Shown: positions 41,947 through 52,650 of the stretch, piece by piece | Position numbering within the stretch: the stretch's first letter is position 1 | How the letters are laid out: the number at the start of each line of letters is the position of its first letter | Assembly: GCA_965279375.1 (NCBI GenBank) | Contig: OZ257156.1 | Location: 1,728,001 to 1,792,000, forward strand | Direction: 5' to 3' | Source: Gemmatimonas sp. | GTDB lineage: Bacteria; Gemmatimonadota; Gemmatimonadetes; Gemmatimonadales; Gemmatimonadaceae | Length of the DNA: 64,000 bases | Program-made: the position numbers and the translations under genes | Notes under the pieces: generated by a model | Told to the model about the DNA's origin: nothing | Database searches by the model: none | Seen by the model: only the letters and a program-made list of their open reading frames with translations

Positions 41947-42023
41947 TGTGAGCCCGTCGCCTCGACCCGACTGTATGCGGGCAACGAGCAAAGCACTTTC
42001 CCGTGCACGAGGAGATCGCATCG

Positions 42024-42995
42024 ATGGCGACCGTGTTGTGGCTGCAAGGCGGCGCATGTTCCGGTAATACCATGTCGTTCCTCAACGCTGAGGAGCCGAG
42101 TGCGTGTGACCTCGTCACCGACTTTGGCATCGACATTCTGTGGCACCCGTCGCTTGGCGTGGAGATGGGCGATCAGGCCAAGCAGATCTTCAGCGACCTG
42201 GCGTCGGGCAAGCGGCAGCTCGACATCTTCGTCTTTGAAGGCACGGTGATTCAGGGGCCCAACGGCACCGGTCGCTTCAACATGTTCGCCGATCGCCCTA
42301 TGAAGGACTGGGTGCGCGAGCTCTCCGCGCAGGCCGGGGCGGTCGTCGCGCTCGGCGATTGCGCCTGCTGGGGCGGCATCCCGGCCACCGAGCCCAACCC
42401 GGTCGACAACATCGGGCTGCAGTACCTCAAGCGCGCGCACGGTGGATTCCTCGGCGCGAACTTCAAGAGCAAGTGGGGGCTGCCTGTCGTGAATATCCCC
42501 GGCTGCCCGGCGCATCCGGACTGGGTCACGCAGATTCTCGTCGCCATCGCCGCCGGTCGTGCCGGCGACATCGCGCTGGACGAGTTGCAGCGGCCGCAGA
42601 CGTTCTTCAAGACGTTCACGCAGACCGGTTGCACGCGCAATCAGTACTTCGAGTACAAGCAGTCGGTGCCGGAGTTCGGTCAGGGCACGCGTCAGGGTTG
42701 CCTGTTCTACGAGCAGGGCTGCCGCGGCCCGATGACGCGCTCCCCATGCAATCGCATTCTCTGGAACCGCCAGTCGTCGAAGACGCGCGCCGGCATGCCC
42801 TGCACCGGTTGCACCGAGCCCGAGTTCCCGTTCCACGATCTCAAGCCCGGCTCTGTCTTCAAGACGCAGAAGATCAGCGGGACCATTCCGAAGGAAGTGC
42901 CCACCGGTTCGGATCACGTGTCGTACATGGCCCACGCGGCCGCCGCACGTGTCGCCGCGCCGAAGTGGTCCAAAGAAGACATGTTCGTCGTCTGA
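42024..42995 (+). CDS. hucS: Group 2a [NiFe]-hydrogenase small subunit
   Basis: GAGGAG RBS; LWLQGGACSGN, GDCACWGG, PGCPAHP, QTGCTR, GCRGP, CTGC; no Tat signal. Confidence 0.93.
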   Translation: MATVLWLQGGACSGNTMSFLNAEEPSACDLVTDFGIDILWHPSLGVEMGDQAKQIFSDLASGKRQLDIFVFEGTVIQGPNGTGRFNMFADRPMKDWVRELSAQAGAVVALGDCACWGGIPATEPNPVDNIGLQYLKRAHGGFLGANFKSKWGLPVVNIPGCPAHPDWVTQILVAIAAGRAGDIALDELQRPQTFFKTFTQTGCTRNQYFEYKQSVPEFGQGTRQGCLFYEQGCRGPMTRSPCNRILWNRQSSKTRAGMPCTGCTEPEFPFHDLKPGSVFKTQKISGTIPKEVPTGSDHVSYMAHAAAARVAAPKWSKEDMFVV

Positions 42996-43022
42996 TCACT
43001 CACCCGACTGGAGCAGCGTAAC

Positions 43023-44648
43023 GTGGCTACGGCAACTCAGCCCATGCCGTCCGACCTGCGGATCTCTCCGCTCGGACGTGTTGAAGGCGATCTCGATCTC
43101 AAGGTCAAAATCCGCGATGGCGTCGTCACCGACGCCTGGACCGAAGCCAGCATGTTCCGTGGCTTCGAGATCATCCTGCGTGGCAAGGATCCGCAGGCCG
43201 GTCTGATCGTCACGCCGCGCATCTGCGGCATCTGCGGAGGTTCGCATCTGTACAAGGCGTGCTACGCGCTCGACACGGCGTGGAAGACGCACGTGCCGCG
43301 CAACGCCACGCTCGTGCGCAACATCGCACAGGCCTGCGAAACCATTCAGTCCATTCCGCGCTGGTTCTACGCGCTGTTCGCGATTGATCTCACGAACAAG
43401 AACTACGCGCATCTCCCCGAGTACGACGAAGTGGTGCGGCGTTTCGCGCCGTTCGTCGGCACCAGCTACGAGTCGGGCGTCACTCTCTCCGGCAAGCCGG
43501 TGGAAGTGTACGCGCTCTTTGGCGGACAGTGGCCGCACTCGAGCTTCATGATCCCCGGTGGCGTGATGTGCGCCCCCACGCTTTCCGACGTCACGCGCGC
43601 CATCGCCATCCTCGAACACTGGAAGCGCGAATGGCTGGAGAAGCAGTGGCTCGGCTGCTCCATCGAGCGGTGGATGGAGATCAAGACGTACAAGCAGATG
43701 ATCGAGTGGGCCGACGAAAACGACAGCCAGCGCAACTCCGATTGCGGTCTGTTCATTCGGTTCGCACAGCGCGCCGGCCTCGACAAGTTCGGCAAGGGAT
43801 GCGGGGCCTATCTCACCACGGGTACCTACTTCCAGCCCGAGCTCTACGAGAACCCCACGGTCGAAGGGCGCAACGCGGCGCTCATCAATCGCGCCGGCAT
43901 CTACGACGGTTCTGGCTTCCATGAGTTCGATCATCTGAACGTGCGCGAAGATGTCTCGCGCTCGTTCTACCGCGGCCAGAGCTTCCTGCATCCGTGGCAG
44001 GGTGAAACCGAGCCGATCGATCCGCTCGATGGCCACAAGCAGGACAAGTATTCGTGGGCCAAGTCGCCGCGCTACAACGTGCCCGGCAAGGGCAGCATGC
44101 CGCTCGAAGCCGGTCCGCTCTCGCGCCAGGTCATCGCTGGCCAGGCCGCGACCGCTGGGCATCAGGATCACGATCCGCTCTTCCTCGACGCCATCACCAC
44201 CGTCGGCCCCAGCGTCTTCGTGCGCGCGATGGCGCGCATGCACGAGGTGTGCAAGTACTGGAAGCTCGCGCGCGGCTGGCTCGACGATCTCGATCTGCAC
44301 GACAAGTTCTACACCAAGCCGACCGAGTACACCGAAGGTCGCGGCTTCGGCGCCACCGAAGCGGCGCGCGGCTCGCTCGCCGATTGGATCGTCATCAGCA
44401 ACGGCCGCATCGAGAACTATCAGGTCATCACGCCGACCGCGTGGAATATCGGTCCTCGCGATGGCAACGGGGTGTTAGGACCGATGGAGCAGGCGTTCAT
44501 CGGCGCCGAGATCAAGGATCCATCCGATCCGGTGGAGATGGGCCACGTCGCCCGCTCGTTCGACTCGTGCCTCGTGTGCACGGTGCACGCGTATGACGAG
44601 AAGACTGGGAAAGAACTCTCCCGCTTCCGAATCGGCGAGATGGGATGA
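43023..44648 (+). CDS. hucL: Group 2a [NiFe]-hydrogenase large subunit
   Basis: GRVEGDLD, L1 PRICGICGGSH, L2 SFDSCLVCTVH plus cleavable C-terminal tail. Confidence 0.95.
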   Translation: MATATQPMPSDLRISPLGRVEGDLDLKVKIRDGVVTDAWTEASMFRGFEIILRGKDPQAGLIVTPRICGICGGSHLYKACYALDTAWKTHVPRNATLVRNIAQACETIQSIPRWFYALFAIDLTNKNYAHLPEYDEVVRRFAPFVGTSYESGVTLSGKPVEVYALFGGQWPHSSFMIPGGVMCAPTLSDVTRAIAILEHWKREWLEKQWLGCSIERWMEIKTYKQMIEWADENDSQRNSDCGLFIRFAQRAGLDKFGKGCGAYLTTGTYFQPELYENPTVEGRNAALINRAGIYDGSGFHEFDHLNVREDVSRSFYRGQSFLHPWQGETEPIDPLDGHKQDKYSWAKSPRYNVPGKGSMPLEAGPLSRQVIAGQAATAGHQDHDPLFLDAITTVGPSVFVRAMARMHEVCKYWKLARGWLDDLDLHDKFYTKPTEYTEGRGFGATEAARGSLADWIVISNGRIENYQVITPTAWNIGPRDGNGVLGPMEQAFIGAEIKDPSDPVEMGHVARSFDSCLVCTVHAYDEKTGKELSRFRIGEMG

Positions 44649-45214
44649 TGACGGAACGGACGCGTGAACCGATCGCCGATGCGATGAATCACGCAGGAGC
44701 GGGCCCGGCGAACATCACCGGGCCCGTTCGCACGCTGATCGTCGGCTGCGGAAACATCTTGCGCGGAGACGATGCGTTAGGCCCGATCTTCATTCGGCAC
44801 ATGTGGGACCGTGGGCTGCCGGACGGTGTGCGCTGTGCCGACGGCGGCACTGGCGGCATGGATGTCGCCTTCCAGATGCGCGGCGTGCCGCACGTCATTT
44901 TGGTCGATGCGTGCACCAGCGGCTCAGAGCCTGGCGCCATGTTCCGACTGCCGGGACTCGAGGTGGAGCACCTTCCGCCGCTCAAAGGCATCAACCTGCA
45001 CGCCTTTCGCTGGGATCACGCGCTCGCCTTCGCCCGCTGGCTGCTCAAGGACGAGTACCCGCAACGCGTCACGGTCTTTCTGATCGAGGCTGCGCAGTTC
45101 GCTCCCGGCGAACCACTCTCGCCCGCCGTCGATGCCGCCATGCGTAAGCTGATCGACATCATCGAAGCGGAGATCGCCGCCGAGTCGCTCGTGGAGGCGA
45201 TACCCGATGCCTGA
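44645..45214 (+). CDS. Hydrogenase maturation endopeptidase (HupD/HupW-like)
   Basis: GCGNILRGDDALG, DGGTGG, ILVDA, HAFRWDHAL. Confidence 0.93.
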   Translation: MMTERTREPIADAMNHAGAGPANITGPVRTLIVGCGNILRGDDALGPIFIRHMWDRGLPDGVRCADGGTGGMDVAFQMRGVPHVILVDACTSGSEPGAMFRLPGLEVEHLPPLKGINLHAFRWDHALAFARWLLKDEYPQRVTVFLIEAAQFAPGEPLSPAVDAAMRKLIDIIEAEIAAESLVEAIPDA

Positions 45215-45569
45215 GCAGGCGACGGCGACGGGCACGGTGACGGCGACAGTTGCCGCCACGTTCGAGGTGGAATTCACCGCGCACGGCTATCTCGTGCTCA
45301 CCCACGACGTAGCGCAGCAGTGCTTTCCCTTCGATGTGCTGCTGGCCATGCCCAAGGGGCGCGAGCTCTGGCTCTTGCCGACGCGCGGCGCCGCTGCGGG
45401 TGGACTGATTCTCAAGCAGCGCAATCTCTCTGGGGATCGCTGCGTGCTGATCCGCGAAGCGATCAACGACGCGCCGCTGCTTGGTCGCATGCCGGCGTTC
45501 TGGGACGCAAGCAACGGTGCGCTGCGCGTCGCGCTGCCGATCACGTTGCCACCCTCGATCTTCGGGTGA
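45207..45569 (+). CDS. Hypothetical protein in hydrogenase operon
   Basis: Overlaps upstream stop; operon position; GGLILKQRN..GDR. Confidence 0.65.
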   Translation: MPEQATATGTVTATVAATFEVEFTAHGYLVLTHDVAQQCFPFDVLLAMPKGRELWLLPTRGAAAGGLILKQRNLSGDRCVLIREAINDAPLLGRMPAFWDASNGALRVALPITLPPSIFG

Positions 45570-45573
45570 ACGC

Positions 45574-45804
45574 ATGGACGACGCCCCCTCGCCAGGTCGC
45601 GCGCTGCGCGCCACGGCTAGCATCGCGGAAGATCGCGGTCGCTGGGTGGTCTCGTTGACTGTGCTCAGCATCCCGGATCGTGACGACTACGTCACCACAC
45701 ACCGTATTGCCGACTACCCCACACGTCAGGCCGCCGAGGTTGCTGCGCGCTGGATCGTTGGGGCAGCGGATCGTCAATTTTCGCATCACCGCTGGGGATT
45801 CTGA
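45574..45804 (+). CDS. Small hypothetical protein in hydrogenase operon
   Basis: Fills operon gap; TGATG coupling to the next gene. Confidence 0.6.
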   Translation: MDDAPSPGRALRATASIAEDRGRWVVSLTVLSIPDRDDYVTTHRIADYPTRQAAEVAARWIVGAADRQFSHHRWGF

Positions 45805-47060
45805 TGGAGCCTGTTCACGTCGCTGCTGCGCACGCACTGCTGCGCCCGCAACCGCTCGGCATCTTTCCGTTCCCGGCGGGCTTGCTCCTGCTGCCGACCT
45901 CGCACGATCCGAGCGCCGTCACGGTGCTTGCGTCGTTGCTGCGCGGGGATGTCACGACGACGCTCCCCGCGGAGTGGGAGTTCTACGCGCGCGCGGTCGA
46001 CGGCGATCGCGACAGCGCCGCGGCCCTGCTGCAGGACGATCCCTCCACCATCGCGGCGTACAACCGCTTCGTGCTCACCGGCGACTACGCTTCACTCGAA
46101 CGTGCGCGAGAAGACGATCGCGACGCCGTGGTACGTCTCGCGGAACTCGCGGCGTTCGTACAGGGTGCGCGCGATGATGCGCCGGACGACGCAGGACTCG
46201 ATCACGAACTGCTCGCGGTGGCCCGCATGGCGCGCGCCGCACAGCATCTGGAGCACGAAGACGCTCCGCCAGCGCTTGTACTGCTGCGCGACGGCGCCGA
46301 CGCAGCGCGAGAGACGTCTCCGGTACTCTCGGCGCAGCTGCTGGCGCAGGCGGCGCAGTTGGCGGAGTCGTCCGATCACACCTTGGCGATCTCGCTCTGG
46401 CGCGAAGCGGTGCGACTCGCTGGCGACTCGCCGCTTGCGCAACTCAAATCGGAGCTGCTGCTCGGCCTCGCTCTCGCGTTGCATGCGACCGCCGAAGGAC
46501 GGCGCGGCGCACTGACCGAAGTGGTGCAACTCTATCAGGCGGCGCTGCACGCCGGTATCACGCTCGAAGGCACACCCGATACGTACGCGCTCGTGCAGAG
46601 CAACATCGGCTTGGCGTATGTCTCCATGCCCATGACCGACGCCGGCGACAAGATCCGGCACGCCGTGGCCGTCTCGTCGTTTCGTGAAGCGCTCAAGGTC
46701 TACACGCGCGAAGCCTTCCCCGAGCAATGGACCAGCACCATGCTCAACATGGCCAACGCGCTGCAGTATCTCGACTCTTCACATCGCGAGGAGAATCTCA
46801 TGCTCGCGGTGGATACGTACGAGGAACTGCTCGCGGTGCGCAACAAGGCCTACGATCCCGTCGGCTATGGACGCTTGCTCGCCAATCAGGCCAACGCGTT
46901 GGCGCATCTGGGCATCTTCTCCGCGGCGCTCGAGAAATTCAACGAAGCGTACAAGCTGCTGCACTGGCACGGCGAAGCAGAGCTTGCACACTCCATTCTC
47001 GAGCAGGTCGAACGCATCAACGCGCAGATGGGCACCGCACCCGACGCCTCGAACTCCTGA
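45804..47060 (+). CDS. TPR-repeat hydrogenase accessory protein
   Basis: PQPLGIFPFPAG N-terminus; helical repeats (NIGLAY, NMANALQY, NQANALAHLG). Confidence 0.8.
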   Translation: MEPVHVAAAHALLRPQPLGIFPFPAGLLLLPTSHDPSAVTVLASLLRGDVTTTLPAEWEFYARAVDGDRDSAAALLQDDPSTIAAYNRFVLTGDYASLERAREDDRDAVVRLAELAAFVQGARDDAPDDAGLDHELLAVARMARAAQHLEHEDAPPALVLLRDGADAARETSPVLSAQLLAQAAQLAESSDHTLAISLWREAVRLAGDSPLAQLKSELLLGLALALHATAEGRRGALTEVVQLYQAALHAGITLEGTPDTYALVQSNIGLAYVSMPMTDAGDKIRHAVAVSSFREALKVYTREAFPEQWTSTMLNMANALQYLDSSHREENLMLAVDTYEELLAVRNKAYDPVGYGRLLANQANALAHLGIFSAALEKFNEAYKLLHWHGEAELAHSILEQVERINAQMGTAPDASNS

Positions 47061-47079
47061 CTCGCTTCGGCATCTCGCT

Positions 47080-47454
47080 ATGGAACAGTACGCACGCCAA
47101 CAGTTTGACTTCTTCCTCAACACCGCGATCGAGCGCTTCATCGACCGCGTCGAGCAGCGCTGCGGAGGGCCCGTGCCGGCGCTGGCTCAGTTGCGCTCCG
47201 ATCCGAACGGCGAGGGGATGTGGCTCAGCGACTTCGTGATCGTGCTCTTTCGTGACTTCATGATCGACAACACCGGAGGCGCCTGCTTCGTGCTACAGGC
47301 GCTCGCGCGGCGTCCGGTACCGGTCGTTTCCACCGAGGGCCAGACCATCGATCAGGCGCTGCAGACGCTCGCGCGCGCTGCGTTCGCGGCGGTGCTCGAG
47401 GCAAAGTCCGCCGAGATGCTCGAACAACGGCTCGTCTTTCAGGTGACCGAATGA
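47080..47454 (+). CDS. Hypothetical protein in hydrogenase operon
   Basis: 124-aa ORF with ATGA overlap to next gene. Confidence 0.65.
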   Translation: MEQYARQQFDFFLNTAIERFIDRVEQRCGGPVPALAQLRSDPNGEGMWLSDFVIVLFRDFMIDNTGGACFVLQALARRPVPVVSTEGQTIDQALQTLARAAFAAVLEAKSAEMLEQRLVFQVTE

Positions 47455-48365
47455 TTGCCTCTGCCACGGGATCGGCTCCCGCCGCCACGCCAGTTTCGGC
47501 GCCGCCCGCACCATCCGGCGCCGCCGCCGAACTGGCCACGCTCGCCACCGCGGTTGACGACGCGCTCACGCAAGTGCGGGGCATGCCCATCGATCATCGC
47601 TCGCGCGCCATGGCGCTCAAAGAAGCGGTGGAGGCCTTTCATAAGAGTGGACTCACCACCATCGTGCGCGCGCTCAAGGCTGACCCGCGCGGCAAGGAGA
47701 TTCTGCTCGAGCTTGTTGACGATCCGTCGGTCTATGCACTCTTCGCGATGCACGGCATCGTCCGGGCCGATCTCTCCACGCGCGTAGCGCGCATCATCGA
47801 GAATCTGCGCCCGTACACGCAGTCGCACGGCGGCGACGTCGAACTGGTGGATGTGCGCGACGGCACCGTGTACGTGCGCATGCAGGGCTCGTGCAGCGGC
47901 TGCTCCATGTCCGCCGTTACGCTCCGCAACGGAGTGGAAGAAGCGCTTCGCGAACAGTGCCCGGAGATCAGCAAGCTTGAAGTGGTCCCCACAGAAGCAC
48001 CGGAGGATCCGGCGCCCGCGCTCGTCACACTCGGTCGCGCCGGTCGCGATGCTGGCTGGATTGCGGGACCAGCATTCAGCACCCTCGTCGAAGGCAAGCC
48101 CGCCGTGATGGAGCTCGCCAACGGCAAGAGCCTCGTGCTCATTCGCATCGGCGACGACGTACAGGCCTTTCACAATGCCTGTGCGCATCTGGGCCTCCCC
48201 ATCGATGGTGGCACCGTCAGCATCGAGGACAAGACGATCACCTGCCCGTGGCATGGCTTCCGCTTCGATTGCACCAACGGTGAATGCCTCACCGCGCCGC
48301 AGGCGCAGCTCGAAGGCGTGCCGCTGCGCATCACGGGTGATGTCATCTTCGTTCGTCCTGCGTAG
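47451..48365 (+). CDS. NifU-C + Rieske [2Fe-2S] fusion protein (HucE-like)
   Basis: RPY..SHGGDVEL...GSCSGC; Rieske NACAHLG and CPWHG. Confidence 0.88.
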   Translation: MIASATGSAPAATPVSAPPAPSGAAAELATLATAVDDALTQVRGMPIDHRSRAMALKEAVEAFHKSGLTTIVRALKADPRGKEILLELVDDPSVYALFAMHGIVRADLSTRVARIIENLRPYTQSHGGDVELVDVRDGTVYVRMQGSCSGCSMSAVTLRNGVEEALREQCPEISKLEVVPTEAPEDPAPALVTLGRAGRDAGWIAGPAFSTLVEGKPAVMELANGKSLVLIRIGDDVQAFHNACAHLGLPIDGGTVSIEDKTITCPWHGFRFDCTNGECLTAPQAQLEGVPLRITGDVIFVRPA

Positions 48366-48380
48366 ATCAGTGCATCGCAT

Positions 48381-49490
48381 ATGAAGCCGCGCGTACGCAT
48401 CGGTGCTGCATCGCCCTTCGGTCTGGCCCTGCCGTCGGCACAACCCACGGCATCGCAGCTCTACGCGCCGCGCGGCGTCTGGATGGACGACCGTCGGCTG
48501 ATCATCGCAGACTCGGGGAACCACCGCATCCTGATCTGGCACACCATGCCGGAGCAGGACGGATGCGACGCCGACGTGGTGCTCGGCCAGGCCTCCTTCA
48601 CTGCGGAAGGTCCGCGCGCCGCGGGTGCAGGTGCGGCCAACGGACTCCATCTCCCAACGGGAGTCTTGGTCCACGACGGCATGCTCCTCGTCGCCGATGC
48701 GTGGCATCATCGCGTGCTCGTCTGGAACGAACTCCCCACGCGCAGCAACACGCCGCCGTCCTTCGCCATCGGCCAGCCCGATCTCGAATCCACGCTTCCC
48801 AACGCTGGCGGCGCCATCACCGGCAATGCGCTCTATTGGCCGTACGGCATCCAGATCGTCAACGGCTGGCTCTGGATTGCCGACACCGGCAATCGACGAG
48901 TGCTGGGCTGGCCCGGCATTCCCACGCACGGGGAGCATGCAGCAGTCGTACTCGGCCAGGATGGCTTCGAGCGCGGCGACGAGAATCGTGGTGGTGCACC
49001 CACCTCGTGCTCGTTTCGGTGGCCACATGCCATCGCCGGCGACGCCAACTCGCTCTACATCGCCGATGCGGGCAATCATCGCGTGCTCGGCTGGTCCAGC
49101 ATCCCCACCGAAGACGCGCCAGCAACACTCGTCCTCGGCCAGCAGGATTTCTCGACGAACACCGAACAGCCGCATCGCAAGCAGGGCGCGCAACGCATGC
49201 GGTTCCCGTACGCGCTCGCGCTGCAGGACCGCACGTTGTACGTCGCCGACACCGCCAACAATCGCGTGCTTTTTTGGAACGACGTACCGACTGTTGGCGC
49301 GGGCGTTCCGGCGGACGAAGTCGTCGGCCAGCACGACTTCGATGCCTCGGGCGAGAATCGCTGGAAGTCCGTGCAGGACGACACGCTCTGCTGGCCATAC
49401 GGCATCGCCACCTGCGGCGATCGTTTCGCCATTGCAGACTCCGGAAACAACCGCGTCATGCTGTGGGACGCGGCGCTCTCCCCTCTCTAG
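48381..49490 (+). CDS. NHL-repeat hydrogenase accessory protein
   Basis: Six P.G....IAD.GN.RV repeats with VLGQ.DF linkers. Confidence 0.88.
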   Translation: MKPRVRIGAASPFGLALPSAQPTASQLYAPRGVWMDDRRLIIADSGNHRILIWHTMPEQDGCDADVVLGQASFTAEGPRAAGAGAANGLHLPTGVLVHDGMLLVADAWHHRVLVWNELPTRSNTPPSFAIGQPDLESTLPNAGGAITGNALYWPYGIQIVNGWLWIADTGNRRVLGWPGIPTHGEHAAVVLGQDGFERGDENRGGAPTSCSFRWPHAIAGDANSLYIADAGNHRVLGWSSIPTEDAPATLVLGQQDFSTNTEQPHRKQGAQRMRFPYALALQDRTLYVADTANNRVLFWNDVPTVGAGVPADEVVGQHDFDASGENRWKSVQDDTLCWPYGIATCGDRFAIADSGNNRVMLWDAALSPL

Positions 49491-49500
49491 GATTCGACTC

Positions 49501-49799
49501 ATGTGCCTCGCCGTCCCCGGTCGCATTGCGGAGATCTTCCACGCCAATGGCACACGCATGGCCCGCCTCGACTTCGGCGGCATCAAGAAGGACGTGTGTC
49601 TCGCGTATCTCCCTGACGCCGTCGTCGGCGACTACGCGATCGTCCATGTTGGCTTCGCCATCAGTCGCATCGACGAAGCGTCCGCGATGGAGACGCTGCG
49701 TCAGTTTCGCGAGCTGGGCATTCTCGAAGAAGAACTCGGCGAAGCGCCCATCGAGAGCTATGCCACGCCGCGCGACGAAAGCTGCCCGGTGATCCCGCT

Positions 49800-49803
<4 letters not shown>
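49501..49803 (+). CDS. hypC: Hydrogenase chaperone HypC
   Basis: [19 protein letters not shown]. Confidence 0.96.
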
Positions 49804-50909
<1,106 letters not shown>

Positions 50910-50952
50910 CGCGCGTACGCACCATCGCGATATCGCTGACTAAGCTTCTGTC

Positions 50953-52017
50953 ATGACCTCCGCGCCGACGTACGACATCAGCAACTGGAGCTGCCCGCTT
51001 CCGCTGCGCGACTATCCCAACATCGTCATCGGACACGGCGGCGGCGGCGCGCTCGGCAACGAACTCGTCGAGCATCTCTTCAAGCCGGCATTCTCCAACG
51101 AAACGCTCGACGGCATGACCGACTCGGCCGTCGTCACGCTGCCCGGTACGCGCATCGCCGTTTCCACTGACTCGTTCGTGGTTCGCCCGTTGTTCTTTCC
51201 GGGCGGCAGCATCGGTACGCTGGCGGTGAACGGCACCGTGAACGATCTGGCAATGAGCGGCGCCACGCCGCTCTACCTAACCGCCGGCTTCATCCTCGAG
51301 GAAGGCTTCGCGATGGAGTCGCTCGGCCGTATCGTGGCCGACATGGCGGAGGCGGCGCGTCGAGCCAACGTGCGCATCATCACCGGCGACACCAAAGTGG
51401 TGGAGCGCGGCCACGGCGATGGCTGCTACATCAACACCGCTGGCATCGGCGTCGTGACCGGAGATCGGGTCATCAATCCCAAGCGCGCCACCGCTGGCGA
51501 TGCCATTCTCGTGAGCGGCACACTGGGCGATCACGGCATGGCCATCATGAGCGTGCGTGAAGGGCTCGAGTTCGATACCACCATCGTCAGCGACTGCGCG
51601 CCGCTGCACGATCTGGTGCGCGTGCTGCTCGATGCGGCGCCGGATGTGCATGTGCTGCGCGATCCAACGCGCGGTGGTCTCGCGTCGTCGCTCAATGAAA
51701 TCGCGGGGCAGGCGGGCGTCGGCATGCTACTGCTCGAGAAGGACATCCCCGTGCGGCCGCAGGTGGCGGCAGCCTGCGAAATTCTGGGGATGGACCCGGT
51801 GTACGTGGCCAACGAGGGCAAGCTCGTCGCCATCGTGCCCCGCGATCAGGCGGAGGCGGCACTCGCCGCGATGCGCGCGCATCCGCTCGGCGCTGAGGCG
51901 GCCATCATCGGTGAAGTGACCGAGCGTCACCCGGGGCTGCTGGTGGCGCAGACGGCCATTGGTGCGAGCCGAGTGATCGCGATGCAACTTGGAGAGCAGC
52001 TGCCGCGCATTTGCTGA
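50953..52017 (+). CDS. hypE: Carbamoyl dehydratase HypE
   Basis: HGGGG, TDSFVV, GTVNDLA, GDTKVV, DPTRGG, NEGK, terminal PRIC. Confidence 0.97.
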   Translation: MTSAPTYDISNWSCPLPLRDYPNIVIGHGGGGALGNELVEHLFKPAFSNETLDGMTDSAVVTLPGTRIAVSTDSFVVRPLFFPGGSIGTLAVNGTVNDLAMSGATPLYLTAGFILEEGFAMESLGRIVADMAEAARRANVRIITGDTKVVERGHGDGCYINTAGIGVVTGDRVINPKRATAGDAILVSGTLGDHGMAIMSVREGLEFDTTIVSDCAPLHDLVRVLLDAAPDVHVLRDPTRGGLASSLNEIAGQAGVGMLLLEKDIPVRPQVAAACEILGMDPVYVANEGKLVAIVPRDQAEAALAAMRAHPLGAEAAIIGEVTERHPGLLVAQTAIGASRVIAMQLGEQLPRIC

Positions 52018-52044
52018 CGCGCCGTCTGTCTCCGGAGAGTCCCC

Positions 52045-52632
52045 ATGCTGAGCTGGTCGTCACCTTCGCGTGCGTTCGCGCTGCTTCGCGACGCCGCACT
52101 TCTATGCACGTTCATCGCCGCGAGCGCGGGCACCGCTGCGGCACAGCGTAGCAGCTCGCCCCCCGAACGGTGGGTGGGTACGTGGCGCGGCACGCTCCAG
52201 AACCTCGGCGCGGGCGACAGCGTCAAGCTCACCGTGCCTGTCACGCTCACGATTGCGCGTACGTCGGATCCGGCCGCCTTTCGTTGGCGCCATGTCTATG
52301 CCAACGACTCCACCAAGAACGTGAAGGACTACACCCTCAAGGTCGTCGATGCAGCCGCTGGCAAGTATCTCACCGACGAGAACAACGGCATCCTGATCGA
52401 CGAGTCGTTCGTGGGCGGCATGCTGGTGAGCGTCTTCTCGGTGGCCGATCAATACATCGAGAACCGCACGAGCGTGCGTGGCGATACGCTGGTGCAGGAG
52501 CTCATCGCGTGGAAGAACACGCCGCTGCGCACGTCCGGGGGCGCCGGTCCCAACGGCGAACGCGGAATGCCGGTGTCAGCATTCCGCGTGAGTAGTGTGC
52601 AGCGCGGTGTATTGGTGCGGGTGTCGCCGTAG
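52045..52632 (+). CDS. Hypothetical secreted beta-rich protein
   Basis: Signal peptide; WVGTWRGTL; DENNGILID. Confidence 0.6.
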   Translation: MLSWSSPSRAFALLRDAALLCTFIAASAGTAAAQRSSSPPERWVGTWRGTLQNLGAGDSVKLTVPVTLTIARTSDPAAFRWRHVYANDSTKNVKDYTLKVVDAAAGKYLTDENNGILIDESFVGGMLVSVFSVADQYIENRTSVRGDTLVQELIAWKNTPLRTSGGAGPNGERGMPVSAFRVSSVQRGVLVRVSP

Positions 52633-52650
52633 CGGCGACACTGTCTCACG

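Noticed and set aside
42024..44648. Sensory (group 2b/2c) hydrogenase because a TCS is adjacent
   Set aside because: Large subunit has a cleavable tail and a cognate protease, motifs are 2a-like, and the kinase is not PAS/HoxJ-type
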